A model generated the notes under the pieces. That model ran no database searches, was not told the origin of the DNA, and worked only from the letters and a program-made list of their open reading frames with translations. Position numbers and translations under genes: made by a program. Positions 61,501 to 64,000 of a stretch of 64,000 bases of DNA are shown in pieces. Origin of the DNA: Macrostomum hystrix (lineage: Eukaryota; Animalia; Platyhelminthes); NCBI GenBank assembly GCA_950097015.1, contig CATNEN010000039.1, positions 3,596,001 through 3,660,000 of the forward strand, in the 5' to 3' direction. Every line of letters begins with the position of its first letter. Position 1 is the first letter of the stretch.

Positions 61501-62394
61501 AGGGCCCAGCAGGTGCTTCGCGAAGCTCTGCACAATGGACATCTGCAGCAGATGAGGCTGGCTGAAGCCGGGCTGGAATTCGCCGCGCCAGCTGTCACGC
61601 TGCGCCTGTTGGCAAGAGCCGGCGCATCGCCGAAAACCGCAGCATCGTCGGCTTCTTCGTCTGCCACCGTATCCGCCGCTGAAGCAGCTGGGGCTGCGGA
61701 CGCAGCCGCCGCCGCCGCCGCCGAGTCGCCGCTGAGAATCTCGCCGAGCTGCACTGGCCGCGCCGGTTGGCATCAGCATCAAGGGGCCAGGCGTCGAATC
61801 TTTGCTGTGGACATTTGCAAGTCCTCCGAGGGACTCGGCTTCTCGGTGACAGACACTCCAGCTCCACCGGCCGCTGACTCGCCCGACGCCTCCCAGCCCG
61901 CGGTGACTTTTTCATCGTCCTCCTCCTCCGCGTCCTCGATGGCGTCTTTGTCGGCGAATTCACCGACATTGTCGAATCAAGGGGAAGAGGCGGCGAATCG
62001 CGACAGCGAAGGCCAGCGGAAGCCGGCAACCTCGCAGGTGGACCCAGCCGCCGGGGCTCATCGCAGTCGGAGGCGCCGGAAGAGACGTCGGATCTACGTG
62101 AAAGCGGTGCTCGGTCGCGGCTCCGCTGTGCGCGACGGTCGCCTCCGGGCTGGCGACCGCATCCTAGAGGTCGATGGCTACAAGCTGACCGGGCAGAGCC
62201 AGGCCGATGCGGTCAGCCTGCTGAGAGCTATTCCGGTGGGCGCCACTGTGAAGATCCTCGTCTCCAGGCGCTGCGTGACTGACGATCCTCTTGTAGGCGG
62301 TGACGATGACACCGCGGTGGCAGCTACCAGCAGTCTGGCTGCGGCAGCTTTCAATAACCTGGGCCAGGCCGCTGTGAGGATGGGCTTCTTCGAG
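43542..62394 (+). CDS. PARD3: Partitioning defective 3 (Par-3/Bazooka)-like; exons 43542-43811, 60363-60997, 61503 to ~62394; 3' part not resolved in this window
   Basis: CR1 domain MKVTVSFG..KLVVPCG...DGGILD..D.VADVVDDREL|IIA; PDZ1-like IRPGDRIVAING..FHQ|AQQVLREAL; PDZ2 KSSEGLGFSVT...IYVKAVLGRGSAVRDGRLRAGDRILEVDG..SQADAVSLLR. Intron phases are consistent; the last donor (62395) is tentative. Confidence 0.85.
43960..58190. repeat. 18-bp satellite (GTTGACAATGATCCCCCA)n; five blocks, one per Helitron unit
   Basis: Blocks at about 43960-45190, 47600-49520, 50840-52710, 53530-55400 and 56222-58178. Confidence 0.97.
45392..59465. repeat. 23-bp satellite (GCCATGATTCAGACTCTGGTTTA)n; five blocks of very different length
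   Basis: Blocks at about 45392-46920, 49718-50155, 52710-52845, 55400-55540 and 58376-59465. Confidence 0.97.
61220..61340 (-). mobile_element. Fragment of the same tRNA-derived SINE family
   Basis: CCAAGCCTTCTCTCCGCGGCTGCGCC...GAACTCAGGGACCTTGGTGCGAGAG matches 33616-33695. Confidence 0.7.
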
Positions 62395-62527
62395 GTGAGG
62401 CTAAGGTCGAATCAAGGGGACGAGGCCCCGGCGGCTGGGTCCACCTGCGAGGTTGCCGGCTTCCGCTGGCCTTCGCTGTCGTGATTCGCCGCCTCGTCCC
62501 TTTGATTCGACACTATTTGATCCTATC

Positions 62528-62866
62528 TGTCACTCTGTCCCCATGTCACTCTGTCCCCATGTCACTCTGTCCCCATGTCACTCTGTCCCCATGTCACTCT
62601 GTCCCCATGTCACTCTGTCCCCATGTCACTCTGTCCCCATGTCACTCTGTCCCCATGTCACTCTGTCCCCATGTCACTCTGTCCCCATGTCACTCTGTCC
62701 CCATGTCACTCTGTCCCCATGTCACTCTGTCCCCATGTCACTCTGTCCCCATGTCACTCTGTCCCCATGTCACTCTGTCCCCATGTCACTCTGTCCCCAT
62801 GTCACTCTGTCCCCATGTCACTCTGTCCCCATGTCACTCTGTCCCCATGTCACTCTGTCCCCATGT
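62528..62866. repeat. 16-bp perfect minisatellite (TGTCACTCTGTCCCCA)n, ~21 copies
   Basis: Seen directly. Confidence 0.97.
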
Positions 62867-64000
62867 GTTAAAAGTGCATTCCTCAGTGGCTTGTTGTTCG
62901 GTGCTAGTCACAAACCTGCTAGTCCGTCACCCCATACTAAAGAGGCGTTGAGGCATGCATTTGTTTTGCCGCAAATTGTGAAACTAACACAGTTGGCAAG
63001 CCTTCTGGCTTTGCTAGAGTGACTGACTGGTTGAGTGAGTGGCTGTATTAGGAGGTAGCATTGATTTTATTGACTCAATCGGATCGACTTTCCCCCAGGC
63101 TGTAAGCCAGCGAGGCTCACACGGCTAATACCCATCATGTTTGTAGAGTGAGAATCATTTCTGCCTGGCGCCCCGTTAACTTATCAATCATCATGGAAAT
63201 GTTGAGAGCACCGCCCAACTTATGATCTCATTGTCTCTCTGAATAGGACCAGCTGCTCTTAGTCTTTGCTGCTTCTTCTTTCCCGTCTGAGAGCTTTTTT
63301 TGTGAGGCTTCATGCTTACTGGGCCTGCGGAATCATATGCTTGTGTGGGAGTGTGAGTGTGTGTGTGTCCTGGTGTGTGTGTGTGTGAGCGTGATTGTGT
63401 GTGTGTGAGTTCTGAGGGGCCTCATCTCCTCTTCTCTCTATCTGTGCGGATCCTCAAATTAGGCGAGATCTCTCTCGCAGTCCTCTCAGTTCGCAGGGTC
63501 TACTGCAGTAGATAAGTACAGTCTGCAGTAGCTGAGCAGGGAGAGTTTGGCCTGCTGATGGGATAACTGAGTAGGGGCACTGGTTAGTGGGGAGCAGAGC
63601 AAAGAGGTCAATTATCGGCTTTAGCTGCAGTGGCGACCCGGCTCTCTTTCATAGCTCCGGCACGCGATTATGCCAGCAGTAGGAACTGCCAAACGGGATC
63701 CCTGTGCGGGAGAATTATCTTACTGTAACTGATACTTGTAGTTAGCTTTAGTACAAGCGCAGTCTTGCTCTCTATTAGCTGTATCTGCTGAGGCCTGATT
63801 GGCTCAAAGTGCTTTAATATGAAAGATGCGAGAATATGCTCAGCGTATTTTTAGACTGCTCTGAACGCTTCAGATGGCTATCTGGGCTGAGTTCTTGCTT
63901 TGAGAAAAAATGGGAATAGACATTGTACTAGGATAGCAATTTCAAATAGGGAATAGCGACAGATGTTCCGCTGGCCATGCCTCATCCCTACTCAGTCTCT

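Overview
Eukaryotic, repeat-rich animal genomic DNA with GT-AG introns. Gene style and minisatellite density resemble a free-living flatworm such as Macrostomum, but this is an inference. (1) 0.3-23.4 kb: seven closely spaced + strand housekeeping genes (GLRX5, C5orf22/UPF0489-like, SCLY, RPF2, TIMM29, C9orf85-like, an SDR). Each has a 3' splice acceptor at or just before its start, which suggests a spliced-leader (SL) trans-spliced operon. Two of them (C5orf22-like and the SDR) have no usable genomic ATG and open in frame 0 exactly at the acceptor, as expected if the AUG-terminated flatworm SL supplies the start codon. (2) RPF2 intron 2 (about 10.3 kb) holds nested mobile DNA: a decayed Polinton-type protein-primed DNA polymerase split by a mariner, and a Crypton-type tyrosine recombinase split by a 4.5-kb CCC...GGG element with a 3-bp TSD that carries a BEN-domain pseudogene. 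(3) 24.7-41.5 kb, minus strand: a penta-EF-hand (peflin/ALG-2-like) gene and a 7-exon NHS/GUK-holder-like (WAVE-homology) gene. (4) From 43.5 kb: a Par-3-like gene whose first intron holds five head-to-tail non-autonomous Helitron units (16.2 kb) filled with 18-bp and 23-bp satellites. Many other minisatellites and tRNA-derived SINEs are present. All homology calls come from recognising motifs by eye; no database search was run.
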